From Leptonemataceae bacterium (GTDB lineage: Bacteria > Spirochaetota > Leptospiria > Leptospirales > Leptonemataceae): a stretch of 64,000 bases of DNA. Below the pieces are notes generated by a model. It searched no databases. It saw only the letters and a list, made by a program, of their open reading frames with translations, and was not told the origin of the DNA. The stretch spans positions 1,408,001 to 1,472,000 of the forward strand of contig OZ245742.1 in assembly GCA_965227295.1 (NCBI GenBank), in the 5' to 3' direction. Of this stretch, positions 53,508-62,969 are shown one piece after another. Made by a program: the position numbers and the translations under genes. Positions within the stretch are counted from its first letter, which is position 1. Every line of letters begins with the position of its first letter.

Positions 53508-54725
53508 ATGACAGACCAGAGCGTCAAACACTTGTTCCAGGCGGTGCCGGACCGGCAGTCCCCCTTTCCCGCGGCCTTTGCGGGGGTGTCGCCCGAGGAC
53601 TGGAACGACTGGCGCTGGCACATGCGAAACCAGATCACCGGCCTGGCCGAACTGCAAGAACTGCTGTCCGCAGAAGCCCTGGCGGAAGCCGCGGCCTGGT
53701 TCCGGGAACCCGGCGCGCAGGAATTCCGCTTCGCCGTCACACCGTACTACGTCGCATTGTCTCGCTTTCTTGCTCCGCCGGAAACCCTGGAGTCGCCGGC
53801 CTTCAACCGGAATTCCGGGCAGGGGTGTCCGATTCTTGCCCAGGTCCTGCCGCAGACCGTCGAGCTTGCCGACCCGGTCTACGATCTCCCTGATCCCCTC
53901 GCCGAAGAAACGCACATGCCGGTCCGTGGTCTTACGCATCGCTATCCGGATCGCGCCCTGTGGTACCTCACGCATCGCTGCGCCGTGTACTGTCGCTATT
54001 GCCTGCGCAAGCGCAAGGTCAGCGCCGCGGACACCGCTCCGAACGCACACGAGCGCGAGGCCGCGCTGAACTACATCCGCGAAAATCCGCAAATCCGCGA
54101 GGTCATCCTGTCCGGCGGGGATCCGCTCGCCCTCTCCGACGCGAAGCTCGACAGCCTGCTCGGTGATCTGCGTGCCATCCCGCATCTGAGCAGCCTGCGC
54201 ATCCATACGCGCATGCCGGTTACGCTGCCGTTTCGCATTACGGACGAACTGTGCGCCGTGCTGCGGCGTCACTTTCCCATCACACTGGTCACGCACTTCA
54301 ATCATGTCCGCGAAGTCAGCGCCGACGCGCGCGCGGCGATTCGCCGTCTGCGGATGGCCGGCGTGAGCGTGTTGAATCAGTCCGTTCTCTTAAGTTCTAT
54401 TAATGACACATTAGAAGATCAGCGGGGTTTGTTGCTCGCACTCGTGGAAGCCGGGGTCGTGCCGTACTACCTGCATCGTTGCGATGAGGTGCGCGGTGTA
54501 TCGCACTTTCGCGCGCCGCTGGAACGCGGCCTGGAAATCATTCGCGGTTTGCGCGGCACGTTGAGCGGTTTCGCTATCCCACGCTACGTCGTCGATTTAC
54601 CCGGCGGCGGCGGAAAGATTGCCCTCGAACCGGAGTACCTCGTCGACAAGCGTCGGTCAGCGGATGGAAAGTTAGTGTACACTTTTTCAAACGGGGCGGG
54701 GAAAAAATACAGAGTTCACGAATAG
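53508..54725 (+). CDS. epmB: KamA-family radical SAM lysine 2,3-aminomutase (EF-P modification)
   Basis: THRYPDR, CAVYCRYC, ILSGGDPL, RIHTR.PV, NQSVLL, PYYLH, YVVDLPGGGGK; divergent from efp. Confidence 0.88.
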   Translation: MTDQSVKHLFQAVPDRQSPFPAAFAGVSPEDWNDWRWHMRNQITGLAELQELLSAEALAEAAAWFREPGAQEFRFAVTPYYVALSRFLAPPETLESPAFNRNSGQGCPILAQVLPQTVELADPVYDLPDPLAEETHMPVRGLTHRYPDRALWYLTHRCAVYCRYCLRKRKVSAADTAPNAHEREAALNYIRENPQIREVILSGGDPLALSDAKLDSLLGDLRAIPHLSSLRIHTRMPVTLPFRITDELCAVLRRHFPITLVTHFNHVREVSADARAAIRRLRMAGVSVLNQSVLLSSINDTLEDQRGLLLALVEAGVVPYYLHRCDEVRGVSHFRAPLERGLEIIRGLRGTLSGFAIPRYVVDLPGGGGKIALEPEYLVDKRRSADGKLVYTFSNGAGKKYRVHE

Positions 54726-54753
54726 GTTTTTTCCGCCCCCCTTATCTTTTTTT
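54694..54753 (+). terminator. Probable terminator overlapping the epmB stop
   Basis: GGGGCGGGGAAAAAA ... TTTTTTCCGCCCC imperfect stem, then a T7 tract. Confidence 0.45.
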
Positions 54754-54792
54754 ATTGATCCGTTTTCTCTCCCGGGCTATCGTTTGCCCATT

Positions 54793-55242
54793 ATGTCTTC
54801 TTTCCCGCACACCAATCGTCTCCGCTCCCTTGCGGGTATTGAGGACTCATTGGAGAACCTCGTCTTTCATCTTGGCCGCGTACTGGAGCCCGAACTGGAA
54901 TCCGCGTCGTCGTCGGAATCCGCGGCACAACCATCTGAAGACCAGTCGAGCCTTGCGAAGCTTCAGAGGCTCCGCCATTCTCTGGCAATCATTCGCGCCA
55001 GCTACCTGGCGCATCGTCCCGTATACGCCCTTGACTTTGCGGATCTGCGTGCCGGTGACCGTCTCGTGCTCGGTGCCGCGCCGCTTATGAACGCCCTGGC
55101 CACGGGGTTCTTTCTCTACTACGGTGCCGGCGTGGTGATTCCGTACGCCTTCTCCGCGGTTGCATGGGGAACGCTGCTCTGTTCGTTTCTCTACTTCCGT
55201 TATCGCCGCCGTCTTCGTGCGCTACGTAATAAAGAATCTTGA
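54793..55242 (+). CDS. Hypothetical membrane protein (2 C-terminal TM)
   Basis: ORF fills the gap; TM hairpin followed by a basic tail. Confidence 0.55.
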   Translation: MSSFPHTNRLRSLAGIEDSLENLVFHLGRVLEPELESASSSESAAQPSEDQSSLAKLQRLRHSLAIIRASYLAHRPVYALDFADLRAGDRLVLGAAPLMNALATGFFLYYGAGVVIPYAFSAVAWGTLLCSFLYFRYRRRLRALRNKES

Positions 55243-55263
55243 GAATCCGGAGGAATGAGCCGG

Positions 55264-56595
55264 CTACTTCTGCCCCAGCACAATCAACGTAAGATCGTCC
55301 GCAATGTTCAAATCATGGCTGTGTTGGCCGATCAACGTGGCGAAGCGCTGGAGTACGGCATCGCCGAGTTCTTTGGAGGAGGCGTGATTATCGCAGGCGC
55401 TTTCGGCCACCCAGTGTGTCCCCACGGCTTTGCCGTCGACGTTCTGCTCTTCCACCAGGGCGTCGGTAAAGAGCAGCAGGCGGGCCCCCGTTTCAAAAGC
55501 GTAGCTAGCTTCGATGTACTGGGGATCGTCGACCAGACCAATGGGCGGCCCGGCACTCGTGAGTTCCTGCACGGGGTCGGAACCGCGGCAGAGCAACTGT
55601 GCCAGATGACCGGCCGAGCAGAAGATAATATGATCCGCATACACGTCGACCACCACCGCGGAAAAGCTGATCGAATCGCCGTAGTCCCGCACCAGAACGC
55701 GATTGAATTCCCGCAAGGTCGCGGCCGGTGAACGTTTCTCCGCGTTTACACCGGCCCAGGCACCCTTGATCAACATGGCGGAGAGAGAAGCGTTGATGCC
55801 GTGGCCCCGCGCGTCCGCGAGGAAGATGCGCAGCCGATCCGGGAAGGGTCGGGAAAGATCGTAGAGATCGCCGCTGAGTTCGGCGGCCGGCAGGTGCCGT
55901 AGCGAAATGTCGAACTCGCTGACCATGTCATCATCGATGCGATACACGCGATTTTGCAGATGCTGGGCCAGGGTCAGGTCTTCGCTCATCAGCAAGCGCA
56001 GGTTTTCGACTTTGCGATACGATTCATCGTAGTTGCGCGTAACGCTGGCGAGCACCAGACTGAAGAATACCAGGGCCAGGGGCAGACCTACCACGAGGTC
56101 CCAGAACCGTTGGTCTTCGGACGCGTAGTCCACGACCTGGAGCGGTCCGTGGAAGTCCAGGTAGATCAATACGACGACGATGCCGATCATCAGCGCAAAG
56201 GCGAGGACCTTCAGTACGCCCCGCACGAGCACGGCGAGCATCGTGGCGAGGAGGAAGAAGAAGTACTGCGCGACGCCGTCCGCACCGGCGTTCTTGAACC
56301 ACAGAAAGACGAGAACCATCGTGCTGATGATCAGCATGGGCAGGGCCAGCAACTGATAGCGGTTCCGAAAACCGGCGAAGAAGCGGCTCAGATAATAAAT
56401 CAAAAAGAACGTCAACGATGCGCCGGCGAGGATCATCGCGGTACCGCCGATGCCCAGGGCGAAATCGACGAAGATAAACAGCGCGCTGATCACCCCCGCG
56501 TAGAAGGACGACACGTTCAGGATGCGATGGTCCAGCGGCAGGGCGTGTTTGGCCCCGAAGACCTGACTCGAAATTTTCCAGTATAGTTTCAGCAC
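55264..56595 (-). CDS. Membrane PP2C/SpoIIE-family phosphatase
   Basis: ~6 TM; LSGDLYD, ADARGHG..A, SAGH, LFTDAL.E, DDLT; start uncertain (GTG 56595 or 56637). Confidence 0.9.
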   Translation of the reverse strand: MLKLYWKISSQVFGAKHALPLDHRILNVSSFYAGVISALFIFVDFALGIGGTAMILAGASLTFFLIYYLSRFFAGFRNRYQLLALPMLIISTMVLVFLWFKNAGADGVAQYFFFLLATMLAVLVRGVLKVLAFALMIGIVVVLIYLDFHGPLQVVDYASEDQRFWDLVVGLPLALVFFSLVLASVTRNYDESYRKVENLRLLMSEDLTLAQHLQNRVYRIDDDMVSEFDISLRHLPAAELSGDLYDLSRPFPDRLRIFLADARGHGINASLSAMLIKGAWAGVNAEKRSPAATLREFNRVLVRDYGDSISFSAVVVDVYADHIIFCSAGHLAQLLCRGSDPVQELTSAGPPIGLVDDPQYIEASYAFETGARLLLFTDALVEEQNVDGKAVGTHWVAESACDNHASSKELGDAVLQRFATLIGQHSHDLNIADDLTLIVLGQK

Positions 56596-56657
56596 AATTC
56601 TTGCCGGCGAACGAAAAAATCCATGCAGTCCAGGCACATGCGCAGAGTCTCGCCGCC

Positions 56658-57437
56658 ATGCCCGGGGTGCATTTTCTCCTGTTGAGCGGCGGCACCGGCC
56701 AACGCATGGGGGCCACCCGTCCCAAGCAGTTTCTAAATCTCGGTGACCGGCCCGTACTCCAGCACAGCCTCGATACCTTTCTGGCCTGGACTCCGCCGAA
56801 AGACCTGTCCGCCAATCGCGGGGGATGCATCGTCGTCGCCCCGGCGGCTTACCGTGACGAAACCATGCACGTGCTCACGCACATCCCGGCCCTTCGCGGG
56901 ATATTATCGGACCTGAGTGCGCCGCATCCCACCGGCGGCGTAACGGAAAATTCAGAAAGTGTCGCGGGGGTTGTCGAGGGCGGGACGAATCGTCACGAGT
57001 CCACGTTGCATGGCCTTGCCGCTCTGGCTCCGCATCTCCGTGACGGCGATGCCGTGTTCATTCACGACGCCGCGCGGCCGCTGATCGAGGACGCGGAGCT
57101 GACGGCGCTCTGCCGGGCGATCTTTGCGAAAGATTCGAGCGGCATCGCGAGTCTGGCCGGCCCGGTTACGGAGACGATCGTAAAGGGCAGGTCATTACCG
57201 GGGGCGTTCGAGCACAGCGTCGATCGCAATGAGTACTTCGCCATCAAAACGCCCCAGGCATTCACAACGACTGTGCTGCGCCGGTTGCAAAACTTCACCG
57301 GCAGCTTCACGGATCTTTTGACCTGGGGCGAGGCCGCGGGCATTCGCGGAGAACTCGTCCCCGCGGGCCCGCGCAACATCAAACTCACCCATGCCGCGGA
57401 CTTGCCGTACCTGGAAACCCTGCTGCGTTCTTCCTGA
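56658..57437 (+). CDS. ispD: 2-C-methyl-D-erythritol 4-phosphate cytidylyltransferase-like protein
   Basis: LLSGGTGQRMG..PKQFL, GG.NRHES, IHDAARP, KTPQAF, NIKLT..DL. Confidence 0.85.
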   Translation: MPGVHFLLLSGGTGQRMGATRPKQFLNLGDRPVLQHSLDTFLAWTPPKDLSANRGGCIVVAPAAYRDETMHVLTHIPALRGILSDLSAPHPTGGVTENSESVAGVVEGGTNRHESTLHGLAALAPHLRDGDAVFIHDAARPLIEDAELTALCRAIFAKDSSGIASLAGPVTETIVKGRSLPGAFEHSVDRNEYFAIKTPQAFTTTVLRRLQNFTGSFTDLLTWGEAAGIRGELVPAGPRNIKLTHAADLPYLETLLRSS

Positions 57438-57828
57438 ACCACGGAACGAACTGCACGATTCCCCAGAGCATCTCGGGCACGAGAAAGAACGCGAGCAACA
57501 CTGTGCCGCCGCCGGCAAGATAAAACACCATCCATGCGCTGAAGAGCGTGCGCCCGATCGCGTCGTAGAAGCCGTATTCCGGCAGCGGATTGCGCAGACG
57601 AATTACGGACCACAGTGTAACGATACTGCCGAAAAGATTCACGAAGAACAGATGCATCGGATCAAACGCCGGAAAGGCGCCGCCGAATCCGAGCACTGTG
57701 TGCAGCTCGCGCAGCAGATCGATTTTCAGCGCGGCGATGATCGGTACGGCGAAGCCCGCCGACAGTACGACGTCATAGAGCGCCGACCACCACACGATGC
57801 GGCGATAGTGGGAATCAGAAAGTTGCAT
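57385..57828 (-). CDS. Hypothetical 4-TM membrane protein, probable MerR target
   Basis: GGAGGT RBS; SALYD, NLFGS.V..WS..R, D..GR.LFS.W motifs. Confidence 0.75.
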   Translation of the reverse strand: MQLSDSHYRRIVWWSALYDVVLSAGFAVPIIAALKIDLLRELHTVLGFGGAFPAFDPMHLFFVNLFGSIVTLWSVIRLRNPLPEYGFYDAIGRTLFSAWMVFYLAGGGTVLLAFFLVPEMLWGIVQFVPWFRKNAAGFPGTASPRHG

Positions 57829-57882
57829 GTTTACCTCCCGGGACGCGCGTTTCGCGCAGAACCCCTTGCCAACTTTCCGGCC

Positions 57883-57914
57883 AGTATAAACACTGGAGCA
57901 CACTCCATGGTCAA
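57883..57914 (-). promoter_or_regulatory. MerR-type promoter/operator
   Basis: TTGACC-20 bp-TATACT with dyad TGGAG-N4-CTCCA (57894-57907) inside the long spacer. Confidence 0.8.
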
Positions 57915-57931
57915 GAGGGGGCCGCAAAAAA

Positions 57932-58303
57932 ATGCTCATCGGTGAACTCGCGGAACGCACAGGCCTGTCCCGGGACACGATCCGTTACTACGAGAAGTTG
58001 GGACTCATTCCGGTATTGGTGCGCCGGGACAACGGTTACAAGGAGTACCCGGAAGAATCGGCGCAGGCGGTGAACCTCATTCGATTGGGCAAGTCGCTGG
58101 GGTTTACGTTAGCGGAGATCCGGGCTTTCGCCGGGCGCATTCAGTCCGAGGACGTTGAGTTTGCGGATGTGCGGGATGAGATTCAGGAAAAGGTCGCCGA
58201 CATCGACGTGCGTATTCGAAACCTCAAGGCCATGCGCAAGGAACTTCTGCACATTCTGGATACCTGCCCGGCGCGCTCGCGGTTGCGCGGCAAGCTTCAG
58301 TAA
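57932..58303 (+). CDS. MerR-family transcriptional regulator
   Basis: IGELAERTGLS.DTIRYYEK.GL, NGYKEY, LGFTLAEI, coiled coil, C-terminal CP. Confidence 0.95.
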   Translation: MLIGELAERTGLSRDTIRYYEKLGLIPVLVRRDNGYKEYPEESAQAVNLIRLGKSLGFTLAEIRAFAGRIQSEDVEFADVRDEIQEKVADIDVRIRNLKAMRKELLHILDTCPARSRLRGKLQ

Positions 58304-58328
58304 TTGCGAAAAACCTGCGCGGTATCCG

Positions 58329-60038
58329 TCACTCGTCGGTATCGCCCAGGCGCATCTGCATTTTCTTCATGCGCCGGACTTCGGCTTCTTTGCATTCGAA
58401 CGAACGGTTTAAGTACCGGCGGGCAGAAGTTACGTCTCCCTGTTCTAAGGCCACGAAGGCGCGGTTAAACCACAGCAGGGAGTTGTGCGGATTGGCTTCG
58501 ATGCGGCGGCGTAGATAGTTCTCCGCCTCATCGTAACGCTTTTGGTGAATGAGATCGCGGAGGGCCTCGTCGCGATCCGGAGCGTCCGCCGCGGGCGCAT
58601 CGAACAGGGGGGCCGTCTTCGGCGCGTGCGTGCTGACGGTCTCGCCGCAATCCTTCACGCGGACCAGCAACATGGTTACGTCATCGTCCTGGGCGCGGCC
58701 ACCGGTAAAACGATCCAGGTCCCGGCGCAGCGTACGCAGAATATCCCTGGGTGGAAACTCGCGCATCTCGTGCAGTACGCGTTTGAGGCGATCGCGGCCG
58801 TACTGTTCCTGGCTGTCGTCGTTGGCTTCTTCCAGGCCGTCCGTATAAAAGAAGAGCAGCAAATCCCTGGAGAGCGGGTACTCGCGCATTTCGTAGCGCG
58901 CTTCGTCGAACATGCACAGAATGTCGCCGGCGGAGTCCAGCTCATCGATGGTGCCGTCCGGATGTACGGCCAGGGCCGGCCGGTGCGAGGCGTTGCAGAA
59001 TTGCACAATGCCCCGCGCGGGTTCCAGCACGGCGATGTAGCCGGTCATGTAGTGGTGCTCAAGCAGGTACTCCATTAAGTCGCGGTTGATGAAATCGAAG
59101 ATGCGATCCGGGCGATCGTTGCCCGCGGACAGCGCATGAAAAAACGAAAGCCGCGCCATGGACGCGATGAGCGCCGCCGGCACGCCGTGGCCGCTGGCGT
59201 CGGCCATGAAGATCGCCAGACGATCATCCTCCTCACGTCCGCTGAATTCTTTCATGACGCGCACATCGTAGAAGTCGCCGCCGACCTGTTCCATGCTCTC
59301 GTACATGCCGAGCATTTCCACGGTATCGTTGCGCGGCAGATGTTTCGGCAGGAGGTTGCGTTGTACTGTTTGCGCCAGGTTCAGGTCGCGCAGGATCGCG
59401 TCCCGGCGTTGTTTGAGTTCCTGGCGCATGCCGATGAGCCGCCGTTCGCGGTTGTAGGCGGTCAACCGGATGCGCTCACCGGCGTAGTGCATGATCGTCG
59501 TCACGAAGAAAGCGATGCAGACGTTGTTTAAGTCGTAGAGATTTTCGAGCTGATAGAGCCCGGTATCGAAAATCAACGGAACGATCAAGTACTGTGCGAA
59601 TGAGAGTGCGAGCAGGCCGGCCACGTAAAAGAACGGAAAGGGAAACAGAGCGGAGAGCAGCACCGCCAGCAGGTAACCGGAGACGTACCGGGTGTCGTAG
59701 TCCGTGAGCGCGGCCATGGCCGGGGCGACCTGGAGCATGATCATGCCGGCGGTCCCCAGGTAGAGCAGCGAGTAGCGTTGTGCGTGGCGGCGGAACAGGG
59801 AAGCGATTACGATGATGAAACCGATGGCGCTGAGACTCAGGCGCAGCGCGGCCAGCAGCCAGGCCTTCTCCGGGTGGATGAGTCCATCCATAAGCAGGAA
59901 CGGCGTCCAGCCGAAGGTGGCCATCAGGCCGGCCCAAAAGAGCAGCCGGATATTGACGGCGCGGAGATAGTCCTTAAACTCGGCGTAATTGACCCCGGCC
60001 CGTTCGGGAAAGAAGCGCTGCATCAGCGTCCGTGACAC
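58329..60038 (-). CDS. Membrane PP2C/SpoIIE phosphatase with C-terminal TPR
   Basis: ~6 TM; VGGDFYD, ADASGHGVPAA, NASH, FYTDGL.E, QDDDVT; TPR-like tail. Confidence 0.92.
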   Translation of the reverse strand: MSRTLMQRFFPERAGVNYAEFKDYLRAVNIRLLFWAGLMATFGWTPFLLMDGLIHPEKAWLLAALRLSLSAIGFIIVIASLFRRHAQRYSLLYLGTAGMIMLQVAPAMAALTDYDTRYVSGYLLAVLLSALFPFPFFYVAGLLALSFAQYLIVPLIFDTGLYQLENLYDLNNVCIAFFVTTIMHYAGERIRLTAYNRERRLIGMRQELKQRRDAILRDLNLAQTVQRNLLPKHLPRNDTVEMLGMYESMEQVGGDFYDVRVMKEFSGREEDDRLAIFMADASGHGVPAALIASMARLSFFHALSAGNDRPDRIFDFINRDLMEYLLEHHYMTGYIAVLEPARGIVQFCNASHRPALAVHPDGTIDELDSAGDILCMFDEARYEMREYPLSRDLLLFFYTDGLEEANDDSQEQYGRDRLKRVLHEMREFPPRDILRTLRRDLDRFTGGRAQDDDVTMLLVRVKDCGETVSTHAPKTAPLFDAPAADAPDRDEALRDLIHQKRYDEAENYLRRRIEANPHNSLLWFNRAFVALEQGDVTSARRYLNRSFECKEAEVRRMKKMQMRLGDTDE

Positions 60039-60140
60039 GGCGAGAGGTTACGACGAGCCCAGGTCCGTAGTCTACCTAAAAGTAACCGTGTTCGCCTGGA
60101 AATCGCTGTACTTTTGGTCGGGTGTGTGCTAGAGAGAATC

Positions 60141-60731
60141 ATGCGACTGTTTACCGCCGTCGAAGTTCCCGAAGACGTTTCCGAGCGCATCGCCGGAATC
60201 TGCCACGGCCTCCCCGGAGTTCGCTGGACCCCGCCCGATCAGTTCCACATGACCCTGCGCTTTATCGGCGAGGTCAGTGAGGCGCAGCGCGAGGAGATTT
60301 CTGAGACCCTCAGCGGAGTGCACTGCGACTCCTTTACGTTGCATTTGCGCGGCCTCGGTCAATTCTTGCACCGGCGGATGCCGGGGGTGATCTGGCTGGA
60401 CGTGGAGATGCAGCCGGCCCTGGAGCATCTGCATCGAAAAATCGAAAGCGCGCTGCGAGGCCTCGGCTTCCCCGGCGACAAACGCGCGTTCCAACCGCAC
60501 GTTACGATCGCCCGGTTGAAGACGGCACCGTCTTCGCGGGTGCAGCAGTACCTCGATACCTACGGCGACTTCGATGCCGGCTCGTTCGAGGTGAACGAGT
60601 TCTTGTTGCTTTCCAGTGTGCTGCGGCCGAACGGCGCCACGCATACCGTGGAGGATGTTTACGATCTGCATCCGGACTATTCCGACGGCGGCGAGCAACT
60701 GGCGCGCGAAGCGGACCAGGGCGCGGCGTGA
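60141..60731 (+). CDS. thpR: RNA 2',3'-cyclic phosphodiesterase (2H family)
   Basis: MRLFTAV, HMTLRFIG and F.PHVTIAR (two HxT motifs). Confidence 0.93.
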   Translation: MRLFTAVEVPEDVSERIAGICHGLPGVRWTPPDQFHMTLRFIGEVSEAQREEISETLSGVHCDSFTLHLRGLGQFLHRRMPGVIWLDVEMQPALEHLHRKIESALRGLGFPGDKRAFQPHVTIARLKTAPSSRVQQYLDTYGDFDAGSFEVNEFLLLSSVLRPNGATHTVEDVYDLHPDYSDGGEQLAREADQGAA

Positions 60732-61348
60732 AACCGGACCAGGCGCCGCCGTACTTCCGCGGGACGCAGTACATCGGCTCGTTTCCGTCGATTGACGACT
60801 GCCCGAATACCGGCGTGATCCCGCAGATCGCATTTACGGGCCGCTCGAACTCGGGCAAGTCCAGTTTGATTTCGGCGTTATGCGATCATCGTAATCTTGC
60901 TAAGTCTTCTTCGGCGCCGGGTAAGACTCGCACGTTGAACTACTTTCTCGTTCCGGATTCCAATGCCCCGCCGCACGGTTTGTATCTTGTTGATTTGCCC
61001 GGTTACGGTTTCGCTAAGATTCCGAAGAATGAGCGCTCGCGTTTGCGCGCCATGGTGGATCGTTTCCTGGCCGAAGCGCAGAACATGTTGCTGCTCGTCA
61101 TTGTCCTCGACGCCCGCCGAAAACTGGAAGAGGAAGAAGAGAACATTGTGCGCTACTGCCGCGAGTTCGATCAGCCGTTCGTATTCGCGCGGACGAAGTG
61201 GGACAAGTTGAACACCAAAGAGCGCGGCAAGGCGTTAAACGATTGGAAGGCCGCAGGGTTGGCGGATGTGAGCATTGCGCTGTCGTCCGTGAAGAAGAAC
61301 GCCGGGATCGTGAAGATGCTGGACCTGGTGCGCGGGAAGTTGGGTTGA
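60728..61348 (+). CDS. engB: Ribosome biogenesis GTPase EngB/YihA/YsxC
   Basis: GRSNSGKSS, PGKTR.LN, DLPGYG, TKWDK. Confidence 0.93.
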   Translation: MKPDQAPPYFRGTQYIGSFPSIDDCPNTGVIPQIAFTGRSNSGKSSLISALCDHRNLAKSSSAPGKTRTLNYFLVPDSNAPPHGLYLVDLPGYGFAKIPKNERSRLRAMVDRFLAEAQNMLLLVIVLDARRKLEEEEENIVRYCREFDQPFVFARTKWDKLNTKERGKALNDWKAAGLADVSIALSSVKKNAGIVKMLDLVRGKLG

Positions 61349-61389
61349 TGGGGCAAAAGATACGGTGACTTCTGGCGACGTGAGGGCGT

Positions 61390-61889
61390 CTAAAAATTGT
61401 CGAGGACATCCTTTGCCGCTCTTCCCGAAATCCTTTTTATTTTCAAGGCAATGTCGGTTAGAGTTTCGAATGCTTTACTGGCCCTATCGCCCACATCATC
61501 TAATTGCATATTGGCGACGCGAACACCAAGCATAATATTTTTTGCGCGATGGTATTCGCCTCGAATGTTTGCCCGTTGGACCTGGGTCAGTCTATAACGA
61601 GGCCTTGCCATTAGTTCCTCGCAGACCTGTTTCAACATGAGCGCATAGTGCTGGACGATATCGGACAAAGCTCGATTCAGGTGATGTTCAACATCTGCGA
61701 TCTGCCAGGTAATGATTGCCGGATCGGGATTGGCAGACATCGCTTCTTTTCCAGCCTTTTGTAAGTGGAATAGACAGTCTCTGACATTTGTGTAAGCGCC
61801 GCCGCTATGATTAAGAATCGTTCTTTGAATACTTCACGAAGGTATTCGTCAACATCTGCAGCATTGCGGTATTCGCGAACTACTGACAT
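61390..61889 (-). pseudogene. Orphan helical protein, apparently one gene split by a -1 frameshift (ORFs 61677-61889 and 61390-61740)
   Basis: Overlapping ORFs join as ...YKRLEK-EAMSANPDP... if one A is added to the A4 run at 61747-61750 (minus strand). Confidence 0.5.
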
Positions 61890-61895
61890 CGATGA

Positions 61896-62147
61896 TCATG
61901 TGGTGAAATCTTTCAATTCTTGCAACTCTTCTTCGGAAATTTCCGGGCTGTCAACAAAGGCCCCAGAATGACGCCCAAGTGTGATCTTGCCTTCTCCTCG
62001 TGGAGACCTCAGACTTCTGCCTAGAGTGTGCATGATTGCCGCCTTTTTTAAGACAAAGTCTGCCGTGAGTGGCTGATCAGGCTCTCGCCCCATCGTAGCC
62101 GCGTAAAGGTTGGTAAGTTGCTGAGATACTTCGTCAAATTTCTTCAT
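61896..62147 (-). CDS. Small orphan protein
   Basis: 83 aa, ATG with AGGGT upstream, tight spacing with neighbours, lower GC. Confidence 0.6.
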   Translation of the reverse strand: MKKFDEVSQQLTNLYAATMGREPDQPLTADFVLKKAAIMHTLGRSLRSPRGEGKITLGRHSGAFVDSPEISEEELQELKDFTT

Positions 62148-62162
62148 GCTACACCCTGCCGA

Positions 62163-62588
62163 CTATTGCAGTTTATCCATTAACTCCTCAATTTCTCGTA
62201 ATCCGTTGAGAAGCCTGTTGTCGATTTTGCCGTCCTTTTCTGCAACCTGCGCAATGCGCAGCTTGTATTCGGAAATCTTATTGTCCAGTTCAGAGCCTTC
62301 CTGGATTTCACCTTGAATTAGAAATTCGTCCTTAATAGTCTTCAGTCTCTCCAGGAACATCTTTGAAAGTTGCTTCCGTCTCTTGATGACTTCACTCTGA
62401 GCCTCTTCCCGTAGCGAATCGGTTATCTGAAATTCATCCCGCACAAAAGATGCGAGCAAGGAGAAAATCCGAACGTATAAGGTGTCGAGATCTTCCTCCG
62501 AGGACCAGTTTTCCTCAATGATCGTTATAAGTGTAATCGGCGTAACGAACTCTTTGGTGAATTCGTTTATGTTGGCCAGTTCACCCAT
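62163..62588 (-). CDS. Acidic helical orphan protein
   Basis: 141 aa, amphipathic helical pattern, lower GC. Confidence 0.7.
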   Translation of the reverse strand: MGELANINEFTKEFVTPITLITIIEENWSSEEDLDTLYVRIFSLLASFVRDEFQITDSLREEAQSEVIKRRKQLSKMFLERLKTIKDEFLIQGEIQEGSELDNKISEYKLRIAQVAEKDGKIDNRLLNGLREIEELMDKLQ

Positions 62589-62969
62589 AATCCGTAGAAG
62601 AGCCTAAGGTCGGATGTCGATCGTGTAGGTCAAAGCAAATCAAGCTTTGTCGTGTTTCATAGAGACCCAGTTCACAACTGGTTTGTGTACCTTTTTCACA
62701 TTATGTCGCACAGTACCATTTTCCAGGCAAGAAGTAAAATCGGCGTGTATTTGAGGCGAGGCTTGTTCAACGATTGAACAAAAGAGTTGACTCGCGGCGC
62801 GGGGAGCGATTCTTGTCTCGTTCGCCCCTGGGACTCACCTGGCGAAGCTGTGTCCGCACGGCGTCGCGTCCCATTTGAGTAGTACCCCGGCAATTGCCGG
62901 GTGTCTCACTCAAACCCCAAAAAATTTCAACGAACTCATTCGAGAGTACACAGCATTTCAGAGGAATAT

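Noticed and set aside
57385-57437. 53-bp convergent overlap of ispD and the membrane-protein gene
   Set aside because: Short 3' overlaps are common in GC-rich genomes; no sign of a function
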